Of a DNA stretch of 64,000 nt, positions 1-12,903 are shown piece by piece. The position numbers and the translations under genes were made by a program. The DNA is from Escherichia coli (lineage in GTDB: Bacteria > Pseudomonadota > Gammaproteobacteria > Enterobacterales > Enterobacteriaceae), in NCBI RefSeq assembly GCF_003334785.1, contig NZ_QOWV01000004.1; one strand, given 5' to 3'. Position 1 is the stretch's first letter. Each line of letters begins with the position of its first letter. Under the pieces are notes generated by a model. It was not told where the DNA came from and ran no database searches. It saw nothing but the letters and a program-made list of their open reading frames with translations.

Positions 1-378
1 GCCGTGAGCTTTAGTGCGATTGTTTCTGTCGATCAATAAGTTGCCGGTTAACCAGTACAACTGCCCGAAGAAGGGGATCCACAGCAAGCTCTTTTTACCT
101 ACCGTCACCGTCGGCGGTTGCACGATGTTCGATGCTGTCACCATGTCATAGTTGTTCTGGTGGTTAGCGATATAGATAGCATTGCCGTAGCTTTCAGCGT
201 CTGTAGGTTTACGGCACTCAACTTTCAGGCCAAACAGCGGCGCAAGACGGCCAAACATATGCCCAAAGGTGGCCACATGTTTCGGGTTACGCGGGCTGAA
301 AAGGCAGTAAATGGAGCCGAATACACAGACTAAGATGCTGTAAATCACGGTAATAATAAGACGAAAGATATATAGCAT
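1..378 (-). CDS. plsC: 1-acyl-sn-glycerol-3-phosphate acyltransferase, N-terminal part; gene continues beyond window start
   Basis: Minus-strand reading frame open to window edge; ATG at 376-378; N-terminus MLYIFRLIITVIYSILVCVFGSIY... with acyltransferase HX4D motif (NHQNNYD). Confidence 0.85.
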   Translation of the reverse strand, partial: MLYIFRLIITVIYSILVCVFGSIYCLFSPRNPKHVATFGHMFGRLAPLFGLKVECRKPTDAESYGNAIYIANHQNNYDMVTASNIVQPPTVTVGKKSLLWIPFFGQLYWLTGNLLIDRNNRTKAHG

Positions 379-611
379 AACACCCTCTGAAGGTCTGAGA
401 GACTGGCATTGTACGTCACCTGAAATCAGGTTAGGGCATTGTTAAAAGCCGCTCTCTGGAAAAGCGTATTGTTAATCGCAACGCATGAATAAACAACGGT
501 TTCAAGGGAATTTTTATCGTTTCCGGGGGTTGAATACGCTGCCGGATGACGACTTAACGTTTCATCCGGCGTTCCTTGCAAGCGGGAGGAAACAGCGCCC
601 TCCCCGGCATA

Positions 612-2870
612 TTACTCTTCGCTATCACCGCTGCTGGCACGGCGAGGAGAGTCGATCTCAACACGATCGATACGCTGCAAACCGCGCATCAACGTACCGC
701 GGCGTCCACGTTCGCCAGTGACTTTCTGTAACTCTTCCGGGCGCAGTTTAATTTTGCGTTTCCCAACATGAATGGTCAGCGTGCTTTGCGGCGGCAGAAC
801 GTACAATTGCGCCAGACCATCTTCTCCACGCGCGGCTTCTGCCGATGGAATGTTGATAATCTTGTTGCCTTTGCCCTTCGACAGCTGCGGCAGATCACTT
901 ACCGGGAACATCAACATACGGCCTGCCTGAGTGATTGCCAGCAGCATATCGGAAGCATCTTCAATCACCACCGGCGGCATAACATGGGCATTTTCCGGTA
1001 AGGTGATCAAAGCCTTACCTGCACGGTTACGCGCCACCAGATCGTTAAAGGTGCAGACGAAACCGTAACCCGCATCGGAAGCCATCAGCAGTTTCTGATC
1101 GTCGCTTTCCATCAGCATATGGTCAACGGTCGCCCCAGGCGGCAACGTTAATTTGCCGGTGAGCGGCTCGCCCTGACCACGCGCCGACGGCAGCGTAATC
1201 GGGTCAATGGCATAGCTACGACCGGTGGAATCAACAAACACTACCGGTTGGTTGCTCTTACCTTTCACCGCCGCTTTGAAGCTATCACCCGCTTTATAAT
1301 TCAGGCCCGGCGCGTCGATATCATGGCCTTTAGCGCTGCGTACCCAGCCCATCTGCGACAGCACAATGGTGACAGGTTCAGACGGCAGCATGTCGTGCTC
1401 GCTCATCGCTTTCGCTTCTTCGCGTTCCTGCAACGGCGAACGACGATCGTCACCGTAGGCTTGCGCGTCTGCCTGCAGTTCTTTCTTCAGCAGGTTATTC
1501 ATTTTACGCTCGGAAGCCAAAATGCCCTGCAACTGGTCGCGCTCTTTTTCCAGTTCACTCTGCTCACCGCGAATCTTCATCTCTTCCAGTTTGGCAAGAT
1601 GACGCAGTTTCAGTTCGAGGATCGCTTCCGCCTGGGTTTCCGTAAGGCCAAACCGCGACATCAGCGCCGGTTTCGGTTCATCTTCATTACGAATGATCTC
1701 AATCACTTCGTCGATATTGAGAAACGCCACCAGCAAACCTTCGAGGATATGCAGGCGCTTGAGGACTTTCTCCAGACGATAGTTCAGTCGGCGGCGCACG
1801 GTATCGCGGCGGAACACCAGCCATTCGGAGAGGATTTCCAGCAGGTTTTTCACCGCCGGACGACCATCCAGACCGATCATATTAAGGTTAATACGATAGC
1901 TCTTTTCCAGATCGGTGGTAGCGAAGAGGTGGTTCATCACCTGATCCATATCCACGCGGTTGGAACGCGGCACAATCACCAGGCGGGTCGGGTTCTCGTG
2001 GTCAGATTCATCGCGCAGATCGTCAACCATCGGCAGCTTTTTGTTGCGCATTTGCGCAGCAATTTGCTCCAGTACGCGCGCACCTGAAACCTGATGCGGC
2101 AATGCGCTGATAACCACCGCGCCATCTTCTTTCTTCCACACCGCGCGCATACGCACTGAACCACGTCCGTTCTCGTAGATTTTACGGATCTCGGCGCGCG
2201 AAGTGATAATTTCCGCTTCAGTCGGATAATCCGGCCCCTGCACGATATCCAGCAGCTGATCGAGCGTGGTTTTCGGCTGGTCGATTAATGCGATTGCCGC
2301 CTGAGCCACTTCACGCAGGTTATGCGGTGGAATATCGGTCGCCATGCCGACGGCAATACCGGTGGTGCCGTTAAGCAAAATGTTTGGCAGACGGGCAGGT
2401 AGCATTTTCGGCTCCTGCAAAGTGCCGTCGAAGTTTGGCACCCAGTCAGCCGTCCCCTGCCCCAGCTCGCTCAATAGCAGCTCGGAATATTTCGACAACC
2501 GGGATTCGGTGTAACGCATTGCCGCGAACGATTTCGGATCGTCCGGCGCGCCCCAGTTCCCCTGACCATCAACCAGCGGATAACGGTAAGAGAACGGTTG
2601 CGCCATCAGGACCATCGCTTCATAACAGGCGCTATCGCCGTGCGGATGGTATTTACCCAGTACGTCACCGACGGTACGGGCCGATTTTTTAAATTTGGCG
2701 CTGGCATTCAGGCCCAGTTCAGACATCGCATACACAATGCGGCGCTGAACAGGTTTCAGACCATCACCAATAAACGGCAACGCACGGTCCATGATCACGT
2801 ACATGGAGTAGTTTAAGTAGGCGTTTTCCGTAAATTCATGTAGCGCAAGGCGCTCTGCCATATCGCTCAT
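612..2870 (-). CDS. parC: DNA topoisomerase IV subunit A
   Basis: 752-aa ORF; GyrA/ParC family N-terminus and QRDR segment [13 protein letters not shown]. Confidence 0.95.
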
Positions 2871-3007
2871 TAATTCTGATTCCTCAACTTATTCGCCAGC
2901 CTTCAAAGGGGCAATATTGCCGGAGATACTACATTATCTGCCGCGTCGAGTCACAGGAGATCAGCGTGAATAGCGCCGCCGGACGTGCTCCGACGGCGAT
3001 AAAGGCA

Positions 3008-4615
3008 TCAATGTGCCTTGATATACAACTCTTTGCTGTAGACATAATCCTGGGGATTATGCAGCGGAAAACCGCCAACGTAGGGTTTAAGCAGTTTGAT
3101 TAACGGCTGATAGTAGATAGGAATCAGCGGTGCCTGTTGGTTGATGATCACTTCTGCCTGCTGATACAACGCATTACGCTTTGTCGCATCAGTGATCTGC
3201 GTGGCCTGGTTTAGTAAGGCGTCATACTGCGCATTTTTCCAGTGACCGACGTTTTCTTCACTATCGCTTTTGAGCGTGTTCAGGAAGCTGGAAGCATCAT
3301 TGTACGTCGCATCCCACGACTGCCGAGACAGCATGAAATCACCGGCTCGTCGGGCATCAAGATAGGTTTTCCACTCCATTGTGCGCAGCGTCACCTGTGC
3401 ACCCAGCCATTTTTTCCATTCGGAAGACAACGCTATCGCGGTCTTTTCATGCAGATCGTACTTGTTGTAGAACAGCTCAAAGCGTAGCGGATGAGAGGCG
3501 TCGTATCCCGCCTGTTTCAGCAAGGCTTTTGCCATCGCGACGCGCTCACTCATTGGCTTTTGCAGTTCATCGAACGTCGTCGCGCTAAAGCCTTTTACCT
3601 CTGGCGGCGTCAGCGTGGTTGCGGGCGTTCTCAACCCCAGTACCTTTTGCGCAATAAGCTGTCGATCAACCGTAAGATATAGCGCCCGACGCACTCGCAC
3701 ATCGTTAAATGGCGGTTTCTCAAGGTTGAAGTTGTAATATTCGCTGTTCAGACGCGGAATAATTCGTAGCTCGCCAGGCAGTGATTTTTCAATGGCGGGA
3801 ATTTGCTGCGCCGGAACCCAGGTGAGATCGACCTCTCCCGCGCGATAGCGGTTATAGCCGGTGACCGAATTATCTAGCGCCAGATACTCAACCTGTTGCA
3901 ATACTGTATGTTGCGCATCGCGGTACTTTGGATTTTTGCGTGCAGTAATCTTTTCGTTAACTACCCACTGATCAAGCACAAAGGCACCGTTGTAAACCAT
4001 GTTCTCTGGCTTACTCCAGCTATCGCCATGTTTAGCGATGACATGATGAGGAACCGGGAACAGCGTCGGCCAGGCGAGCATCGTCGTGAACCAAGGAACC
4101 GGCTGCTCAAGCGTAACTTCAAGAGTACGATCATCCGTCGCTTTGACACCCAGCGATGTAACATCTGCTTTACCCGCAACAATAGCTGCGGCATTGTTAA
4201 TGTGCGCCTGTGCCAGATAGCCAGCAAAAGGGCTTGCCGTTTTCGGGTCAACCGCGCGCTGCCAGCCGAGGACAAAATCCTCTGCCGTCAGAGGCTGACC
4301 GTCGGACCACTGCAAACCGCTACGCAGATGGAAAATATAGCGCTTGCCGCCGTCCAGTATCTCCCAGCGTTCAGCCTGAGCGGGCTGCACCTGGCCTTCA
4401 CCGTCCATCCATACCAGACCTTCAAACAGATCCAGCACAATCTGCGCGGCAGTATTCTCCTCCACCTTTTGCGGGTCGAGCGTACCTGGGTCGCTATGAT
4501 TGTTGTAACGAAAGACTTGTTGCGGGGCGAGCGGTGTGTTGGCGGGAACGTCAGCAGCGTAGAGAGGAGCCGCACTTACCAGGCTGACCAGCCATAATAA
4601 ATTTCGCGTATACAT
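3008..4615 (-). CDS. ygiS: periplasmic solute-binding protein (oligopeptide/bile-salt binding family)
   Basis: ORF-track frame 3008..4678; start trimmed to MYTRNLLWLVSLVSAAPLYA (signal peptide), giving 535 aa. Confidence 0.85.
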   Translation of the reverse strand: MYTRNLLWLVSLVSAAPLYAADVPANTPLAPQQVFRYNNHSDPGTLDPQKVEENTAAQIVLDLFEGLVWMDGEGQVQPAQAERWEILDGGKRYIFHLRSGLQWSDGQPLTAEDFVLGWQRAVDPKTASPFAGYLAQAHINNAAAIVAGKADVTSLGVKATDDRTLEVTLEQPVPWFTTMLAWPTLFPVPHHVIAKHGDSWSKPENMVYNGAFVLDQWVVNEKITARKNPKYRDAQHTVLQQVEYLALDNSVTGYNRYRAGEVDLTWVPAQQIPAIEKSLPGELRIIPRLNSEYYNFNLEKPPFNDVRVRRALYLTVDRQLIAQKVLGLRTPATTLTPPEVKGFSATTFDELQKPMSERVAMAKALLKQAGYDASHPLRFELFYNKYDLHEKTAIALSSEWKKWLGAQVTLRTMEWKTYLDARRAGDFMLSRQSWDATYNDASSFLNTLKSDSEENVGHWKNAQYDALLNQATQITDATKRNALYQQAEVIINQQAPLIPIYYQPLIKLLKPYVGGFPLHNPQDYVYSKELYIKAH

Positions 4616-4747
4616 GGTATTCCTTACCGGAGAAATTATAAGCCCAACAACAATACGCCTGTGGCATTGTTCGCTCAAACTTATCGCGAGTGATTTGGCT
4701 CACACTCCGGTAAAGAAAAAAGCGAGTTGCCCCCGCTTTTCCATTAA

Positions 4748-5143
4748 TTAACGGATTTCATTCAATAGTTCTGGATGCTTATCCAGAACACGTAAAAGTT
4801 TGATTGTGGAAGGATGAGGTTGGGCATTGCCTTTTTCGTAACGCGAAAACGCATTTACACCTCCCCCAAAAATTTCGCTTGCCTCTTTTTGGGTAAGAGA
4901 GAGCTTTTTTCGAACCTTCACTATAAATTCAGGTGCCACTGTTTCGGCATTCACCGAAGCCCGAAATGCCTTTACTTGCGCCATGAAAGCATCTGACTCT
5001 TCTTTATTCATGATGCTCTCTTCGCAATGGACACAATATAAACCGTGGATACCTTTCAATACTGTTTTTCGTCCACGGAAGGTGTATGGAATATCTTTAA
5101 TGCCAGAAACCATTTCTCCCTGGTGGCAAACCGGACATTTCAT
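4748..5143 (-). CDS. mqsA: antitoxin / HTH transcriptional regulator MqsA
   Basis: 131-aa ORF MKCPVCHQGEMVSGIKDIPYTFRGRKTVL... with zinc-binding CxxC..CxxC N-domain; immediately downstream of mqsR. Confidence 0.9.
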   Translation of the reverse strand: MKCPVCHQGEMVSGIKDIPYTFRGRKTVLKGIHGLYCVHCEESIMNKEESDAFMAQVKAFRASVNAETVAPEFIVKVRKKLSLTQKEASEIFGGGVNAFSRYEKGNAQPHPSTIKLLRVLDKHPELLNEIR

Positions 5144-5144
5144 A

Positions 5145-5441
5145 TTACTTCTCCTTAAACGAGACGATCAGTACGTCATGAATTACCGTAATTTTAAGAT
5201 AAACCTGGCCTGTAACAAGCCTGGGTCTGTAAACATCCTGTCAGATAGTATGATCAGAGTAGGTGGTCATGCTTTTATAAAAGTCGCTCTCTGATAATCC
5301 AATGATAACATTACACATACCATCAAAATCCAAACCTAACTCATCTGCATTTAACAGGGCACTACGTGTTGTACGAACTTGCCCGGCATTGACAAGTTTT
5401 TTAACCTGACTCAAACGTGTATGTGGTGTGCGTTTTTCCAT
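5145..5441 (-). pseudogene. mqsR: mRNA interferase toxin MqsR, interrupted by in-frame TGA at codon 67 (plus-strand 5241-5243)
   Basis: ORF track gives only 66 aa (MEKRTPHTRLSQVKKLVNAG...TTYSDHTI*); reading on in the same frame past the TGA gives QDVYRPRLVTGQVYLKITVIHDVLIVSFKEK*, the expected MqsR C-terminus. Confidence 0.8.
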
Positions 5442-5470
5442 AACCCCCGCCTCCCTGTTACTTTAGTTAT

Positions 5471-5515
5471 AACCTAAAAGGTTAATTACAGCAATGAAAA
5501 AGCACCTAAAAGGTT
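5471..5515 (-). promoter_or_regulatory. mqsRA promoter with two MqsA operator palindromes (ACCT-N3-AGGT type)
   Basis: aACCTAAAAGGTt at 5471-5483 and cACCTAAAAGGTt at 5503-5515, 30-75 bp upstream of the mqsR ATG (5441). Confidence 0.6.
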
Positions 5516-5645
5516 AGTTAGATGTACGGAGATAGTGACCACACAAAACGTATTCTTTAAGGAAAGTGATTGACCATATAAGAAAGTGGCGCATTAGTAG
5601 CGCCAGTTTGAAGCAGGAATTTATAAGGGAAGCTGGAGTCAGGCA

Positions 5646-6128
5646 TCACGCCAACGGCACATAAACATCCGTTTCCAGTCGCTGCTCTGTCACCCCTTCG
5701 GCAAGATTGGTGTAGTGAAACAGAATCGGTGCTTTACGCATTTTCTCGCCGCTTGCAGGCAGCCAGTGGCGAATGATGCCCCATACCGTGTGTGAAATAT
5801 CGTCCAGCTCGCCAACGTGGCGGGCCACGGCATAACGTCCACCGGTAAGTTCACCATTGCTCACACCATAACGATTATCGGGAATCGGTTCGCTAACGCT
5901 GCCGCAGATATCAAAGCGAAACGCTTCCGGTGCGGTGGTGGCAGGGTCGTCCCAGGCGACGCCAAAAGTCTGGCTTTGGTTAACAGGAGAAAGCCCCGTC
6001 TCTTTACGCCACATGATAAATTTCGCCACGCTGTAGTTGAGCAATTCAGGGCTACAGCGGTGCGGCAACATCGCCACAGGTATTGATGGGAAATCGATAA
6101 TGTTTACATCCAGTGTCAGGTTTGTCAT
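5646..6128 (-). CDS. ygiV: GyrI-like/AraC-effector-domain family regulator
   Basis: 160-aa ORF, position and length as expected for ygiV next to mqsR. Confidence 0.8.
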   Translation of the reverse strand: MTNLTLDVNIIDFPSIPVAMLPHRCSPELLNYSVAKFIMWRKETGLSPVNQSQTFGVAWDDPATTAPEAFRFDICGSVSEPIPDNRYGVSNGELTGGRYAVARHVGELDDISHTVWGIIRHWLPASGEKMRKAPILFHYTNLAEGVTEQRLETDVYVPLA

Positions 6129-6180
6129 TTTGCCTCCCTGCGAAATTATTCCCGGGAACGCGTCCCGGGAGCGGTAACAA

Positions 6181-6573
6181 TTACGGATTTACTTTGCGGA
6201 TCTGTTTGACGTCAATTTCAACAGAATTCCAGTCTTTATCGACTTCACCCTGAATCTCAACCGTATCTTTCGGCGTCACCGTCACGCCGTTCCAGCGTTT
6301 GTGGTCGATATCAACATTGATAGTACCGCTGGCATCTTTGAACACGTAGAGATCGTCAGAGATGCGTTCAACGATATTGCCGCGCAGGGTTACCCAGGTG
6401 TCGTCACGCAGGGATTTTGCGCTTTCTACAGTCGTTACGCTGCCGTTCGGCCCCTGGAATCCTCCGGCCTGACTTTGCGTTGCCGATGGGCCAGAAAAAC
6501 CGCCCTGCTCTGCTGCCATCACCGGTGCGCTGCACAGGGCCATTACTGCGATTACTGCTGCGAATTTTTTCAT
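6181..6573 (-). CDS. ygiW: periplasmic OB-fold (BOF/YgiW family) stress protein
   Basis: Frame 6181..6630; start trimmed to MKKFAAVIAVMALCSAPVMA (signal peptide), 130 aa; divergent from qseBC. Confidence 0.8.
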   Translation of the reverse strand: MKKFAAVIAVMALCSAPVMAAEQGGFSGPSATQSQAGGFQGPNGSVTTVESAKSLRDDTWVTLRGNIVERISDDLYVFKDASGTINVDIDHKRWNGVTVTPKDTVEIQGEVDKDWNSVEIDVKQIRKVNP

Positions 6574-6724
6574 GTTTATTACTCCCTTTAATGTCTGTTT
6601 CCGAGCATTTAACAAGATAGTCCTTAACAACTTCTTAAGGGAAAAAAATAAAATTTAGTGCTGTACAGAGCGCGTTACAACACGGTTTACTGGCAGCAAA
6701 TACGGTTATCGCAGGGATGAAAAA

Positions 6725-7384
6725 ATGCGAATTTTACTGATAGAAGATGACATGCTGATTGGCGACGGCATCAAAACGGGCCTTAGTAAAATGGGTTTTA
6801 GCGTCGACTGGTTTACACAAGGTCGTCAGGGAAAAGAGGCGCTTTATAGCGCACCTTATGATGCGGTGATCCTGGATTTAACCTTACCAGGCATGGATGG
6901 TCGCGATATTTTGCGCGAATGGCGAGAAAAAGGTCAGCGTGAGCCGGTACTGATCCTGACCGCGCGCGATGCGCTGGCGGAACGTGTAGAAGGGCTGCGT
7001 CTGGGAGCTGACGATTATCTGTGTAAACCTTTTGCGTTGATAGAAGTCGCCGCCAGGCTGGAAGCTCTGATGCGCCGAACCAACGGCCAGGCCAGCAACG
7101 AGCTGCGCCACGGTAACGTCATGCTCGACCCCGGCAAACGTATCGCCACGCTGGCTGGCGAACCCTTAACACTGAAACCAAAAGAATTTGCCCTGCTGGA
7201 ATTACTGATGCGTAACGCTGGTCGGGTACTGCCGCGCAAACTGATTGAAGAGAAACTGTATACCTGGGACGAAGAGGTCACCAGTAATGCCGTTGAAGTG
7301 CATGTGCATCATCTGCGACGCAAACTCGGTAGTGATTTTATTCGTACCGTGCATGGTATTGGTTACACATTAGGTGAGAAATGA
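6725..7384 (+). CDS. qseB: two-component response regulator QseB (OmpR family)
   Basis: 219-aa [23 protein letters not shown]..., receiver plus winged-helix domains; 4-bp overlap with qseC. Confidence 0.9.
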   Translation: MRILLIEDDMLIGDGIKTGLSKMGFSVDWFTQGRQGKEALYSAPYDAVILDLTLPGMDGRDILREWREKGQREPVLILTARDALAERVEGLRLGADDYLCKPFALIEVAARLEALMRRTNGQASNELRHGNVMLDPGKRIATLAGEPLTLKPKEFALLELLMRNAGRVLPRKLIEEKLYTWDEEVTSNAVEVHVHHLRRKLGSDFIRTVHGIGYTLGEK

Positions 7385-8730
7385 AATTTACCCAACGTCT
7401 TAGTCTGCGCGTCAGGCTGACGCTAATCTTTTTAATTCTGGCCTCGGTGACCTGGCTGCTTTCCAGCTTTGTCGCCTGGAAACAAACAACGGATAACGTC
7501 GATGAATTGTTCGACACCCAACTGATGCTGTTTGCCAAGCGGTTAAGTACGCTCGATCTCAACGAAATCAACGCGGCGGATCGCATGGCACAGACGCCAA
7601 ATAGATTAAAACACGGTCATGTTGATGACGATGCGCTGACCTTTGCCATCTTTACCCACGACGGCAGAATGGTCCTTAATGATGGCGATAACGGAGAAGA
7701 TATTCCCTATAGCTATCAACGGGAAGGTTTTGCTGACGGGCAACTGGTCGGTGAAGACGATCCTTGGCGTTTTGTCTGGATGACCTCACCTGATGGCAAA
7801 TATCGCATCGTTGTTGGCCAGGAATGGGAATACCGTGAAGACATGGCGCTGGCGATTGTTGCCGGGCAATTGATCCCGTGGCTGGTCGCACTGCCGATTA
7901 TGTTAATCATCATGATGGTACTACTGGGTCGTGAACTCGCGCCGCTGAACAAACTGGCGCTGGCACTACGTATGCGTGACCCTGACTCGGAAAAACCACT
8001 AAACGCGACTGGCGTACCCAGCGAAGTGCGGCCACTGGTTGAGTCGCTAAATCAACTGTTCGCCCGCACACATGCGATGATGGTTCGTGAACGACGCTTT
8101 ACCTCCGACGCAGCTCACGAACTTCGTAGCCCGTTAACGGCGCTGAAAGTGCAAACCGAAGTTGCGCAGCTCTCTGACGATGATCCGCAGGCGCGGAAAA
8201 AAGCACTGCTCCAATTACATTCCGGGATCGATCGCGCTACTCGTCTGGTTGATCAACTGCTCACGCTATCGCGGCTGGACTCACTGGATAACCTTCAGGA
8301 CGTCGCGGAGATCCCGCTTGAAGATCTCCTGCAATCGTCGGTGATGGATATTTACCACACGGCGCAGCAGGCGAAAATTGACGTGCGACTGACACTCAAT
8401 GCCCACAGCATCAAACGCACCGGGCAACCGCTATTGCTAAGTTTGTTGGTGCGAAATTTGCTGGATAACGCCGTGCGCTACAGTCCACAGGGCAGCGTGG
8501 TAGACGTCACGCTGAATGCTGATAATTTCATCGTGAGGGATAACGGCCCCGGTGTGACACCAGAGGCACTGGCGCGAATTGGCGAACGCTTCTATCGCCC
8601 ACCCGGACAAACCGCTACCGGCAGCGGGCTTGGGCTATCGATTGTCCAGCGAATCGCCAAATTGCATGGCATGAATGTTGAATTTGGGAATGCGGAACAA
8701 GGTGGATTTGAGGCGAAGGTAAGCTGGTAA
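7381..8730 (+). CDS. qseC: sensor histidine kinase QseC
   Basis: 449-aa ORF with two TM segments and H-box ...[12 protein letters not shown]... Confidence 0.9.
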   Translation: MKFTQRLSLRVRLTLIFLILASVTWLLSSFVAWKQTTDNVDELFDTQLMLFAKRLSTLDLNEINAADRMAQTPNRLKHGHVDDDALTFAIFTHDGRMVLNDGDNGEDIPYSYQREGFADGQLVGEDDPWRFVWMTSPDGKYRIVVGQEWEYREDMALAIVAGQLIPWLVALPIMLIIMMVLLGRELAPLNKLALALRMRDPDSEKPLNATGVPSEVRPLVESLNQLFARTHAMMVRERRFTSDAAHELRSPLTALKVQTEVAQLSDDDPQARKKALLQLHSGIDRATRLVDQLLTLSRLDSLDNLQDVAEIPLEDLLQSSVMDIYHTAQQAKIDVRLTLNAHSIKRTGQPLLLSLLVRNLLDNAVRYSPQGSVVDVTLNADNFIVRDNGPGVTPEALARIGERFYRPPGQTATGSGLGLSIVQRIAKLHGMNVEFGNAEQGGFEAKVSW

Positions 8731-8738
8731 CTTCTCTG

Positions 8739-8772
8739 TCTATGAGAGCCGTTAAAACGACTCTCATAGATT
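8739..8772. terminator. hairpin between convergent qseC and ygiZ (likely bidirectional terminator)
   Basis: Inverted repeat tctatgagag...ctctcataga followed by T-run. Confidence 0.5.
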
Positions 8773-8775
8773 TTA

Positions 8776-9108
8776 CTAATAGCAAAATATAAACCGTCCC
8801 CAAAAAAGCCACCAACCACAAACCAGACAAATACCGAGCGAGAATACATATACCCAAAACTCGAACATTTCCCGCATAAAGAGTTTTCTTAAGATAAGAA
8901 TAATAAGTGGCGTAAGAAGAAAAAATGCTGCAATCATTGCTTGCAATATACGATCTTCGCCTGAAACGGAAGGTATACTGCAAATATTTCCTCCCGACTC
9001 AAGCATCCAGTCATACTTATTGAAAGCAAAAAAAGAATCTATTAACCAATAAGTAAGCATTATATATAGCAATGCTTCAAATATTGTTTTAATTTTCTGC
9101 TTTAACAT
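8776..9108 (-). CDS. ygiZ: inner membrane protein
   Basis: 110-aa hydrophobic ORF in low-GC DNA at the expected position. Confidence 0.7.
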   Translation of the reverse strand: MLKQKIKTIFEALLYIMLTYWLIDSFFAFNKYDWMLESGGNICSIPSVSGEDRILQAMIAAFFLLTPLIILILRKLFMREMFEFWVYVFSLGICLVCGWWLFWGRFIFCY

Positions 9109-9426
9109 ATATCAGTACGCTCATAAAAATCCATTTATAATTATCAACATGACACGTTGATACTTTCATCTTTTACTTATTCAAAGCCATATTTTCAATC
9201 CCCAAAAAAACCGAACCAAACGTGTAAATTATTCCGGTGCGAGTAAGAATTATGAGGAATGGCTATCAGTATTGTCATTTTCAGAAAATATTTATCCTGC
9301 ATCGGTGAGTCAGAGTAAGATCAGACTTTTGCTAAATTCGCAAAAGACTTTGCACATTTTGCTAATTTCACCGTACCGCTCTGTGACGTACTATAGTCGG
9401 CAAACGTCTCACCTTGAGGTTAAAAA

Positions 9427-10008
9427 ATGAGCAACATCCTGATTATCAACGGCGCGAAAAAATTCGCCCACTCCAATGGTCAACTGAACGACACCCTGAC
9501 CGAAGTCGCGGATGGCACACTGCGCGACCTTGGGCATGATGTCCGCATCGTTCGCGCCGACAGCGACTACGATGTCAAAGCGGAAGTACAAAACTTTCTC
9601 TGGGCTGATGTGGTGATCTGGCAGATGCCAGGCTGGTGGATGGGCGCGCCGTGGACAGTGAAAAAATACATTGATGATGTATTCACCGAAGGTCACGGGA
9701 CGCTGTATGCCAGCGATGGTCGTACCCGCAAAGATCCGTCGAAAAAATACGGTTCCGGCGGCCTGGTACAGGGCAAAAAATATATGCTTTCTCTGACCTG
9801 GAACGCACCAATGGAAGCCTTCACCGAAAAAGATCAGTTCTTCCACGGCGTTGGCGTTGACGGTGTGTATCTGCCGTTCCATAAAGCAAACCAATTCCTC
9901 GGTATGGAACCGCTGCCGACATTTATCGCTAATGACGTGATAAAAATGCCTGATGTTCCCCGCTATACTGAAGAATATCGCAAGCATCTTGTGGAAATTT
10001 TTGGTTAA
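9427..10008 (+). CDS. mdaB: NADPH:quinone oxidoreductase MdaB
   Basis: 193-aa ORF MSNILIINGAKKFAHSNGQLN... Confidence 0.9.
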   Translation: MSNILIINGAKKFAHSNGQLNDTLTEVADGTLRDLGHDVRIVRADSDYDVKAEVQNFLWADVVIWQMPGWWMGAPWTVKKYIDDVFTEGHGTLYASDGRTRKDPSKKYGSGGLVQGKKYMLSLTWNAPMEAFTEKDQFFHGVGVDGVYLPFHKANQFLGMEPLPTFIANDVIKMPDVPRYTEEYRKHLVEIFG

Positions 10009-10038
10009 CTAGAGCTCAGGCTTTAGAAGGAGTTAACC

Positions 10039-10353
10039 ATGCTTACCGTAATCGCAGAAATCCGTACTCGTCCTGGTCAACATCACCGTCAGGCGGTATT
10101 GGATCAGTTTGCTAAAATCGTTCCAACCGTACTGAAAGAAGAAGGTTGCCACGGCTATGCGCCAATGGTGGATTGCGCAGCTGGCGTGAGTTTCCAGTCT
10201 ATGGCACCGGATTCTATCGTGATGATTGAGCAGTGGGAAAGCATCGCGCATCTTGAAGCGCATCTGCAAACCCCGCACATGAAGGCGTATAGCGAAGCCG
10301 TAAAAGGTGACGTGCTGGAGATGAATATCCGTATTCTGCAGCCAGGGATTTAA
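10039..10353 (+). CDS. ygiN: quinol monooxygenase (ABM family)
   Basis: 104-aa ORF immediately downstream of mdaB. Confidence 0.85.
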   Translation: MLTVIAEIRTRPGQHHRQAVLDQFAKIVPTVLKEEGCHGYAPMVDCAAGVSFQSMAPDSIVMIEQWESIAHLEAHLQTPHMKAYSEAVKGDVLEMNIRILQPGI

Positions 10354-10400
10354 TCCTGCCTTGTTTGCCCGGCCATCCTGACCGGGCAATGTTCTTTCCT

Positions 10401-12296
<1,896 letters not shown>

Positions 12297-12321
12297 TTAA
12301 GTTAGTAATTCGAGTTGATCG

Positions 12322-12903
12322 TCAGAGATGGTGCAGACCAAGAAAATCGACGATCGGGTTGAAATAATCTTCGAAGCCCGTGAATGCGTGGTTGCCGCCT
12401 TCTATGACAGTCTGGCGGCAGGAAGCGTAGTACGCCACCGCCTGGCGGTAATCCAGCACTTCATCTCCCGTCTGTTGCAGCAGCCAGATCAAATCCGGCG
12501 CTTCCAGCGGGTCAATCTGCATGACTTTAAGATCGTAAATATGGCGTGACTCTAGCACATATTGCTGCCCGGTGTAGGGGTTCTCGTTCTGACCGAGATA
12601 GTCCGTCAGCAGTTCAAACGGGCGCACCGCCGGGTTTACCACCACTGCGGGCAGCATAAAACATTGTGACAACCAGGTGGCGTAATATCCCCCCAGTGAC
12701 GAACCGACAATACCCAGCGAATCACCGCCATGTTCCAGGACAATGGATTCCAGCAGCTCTGCCGCGTCGGAAGGATACGGCGGCAACTGCGGAATGATCA
12801 TCTCAACGTCAGGGTGATGTTCCGCCAGCCAGTTTTTTAACAAGCTCGCTTTTGCAGAGCGCGGCGAGCTGTTGAAACCGTGTAAATAAAGAAGCGTAGA
12901 CAT
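12322..12903 (-). CDS. yqiA: esterase YqiA (alpha/beta hydrolase)
   Basis: 193-aa [22 protein letters not shown]...; start overlaps cpdA stop. Confidence 0.85.
   Translation of the reverse strand: MSTLLYLHGFNSSPRSAKASLLKNWLAEHHPDVEMIIPQLPPYPSDAAELLESIVLEHGGDSLGIVGSSLGGYYATWLSQCFMLPAVVVNPAVRPFELLTDYLGQNENPYTGQQYVLESRHIYDLKVMQIDPLEAPDLIWLLQQTGDEVLDYRQAVAYYASCRQTVIEGGNHAFTGFEDYFNPIVDFLGLHHL

Noticed and set aside
1248-2087. 279-aa ORF on the plus strand inside parC
   Set aside because: Lies entirely antisense to the well-supported parC frame; an R/H/F-rich translation typical of a shadow ORF in GC-rich coding DNA.
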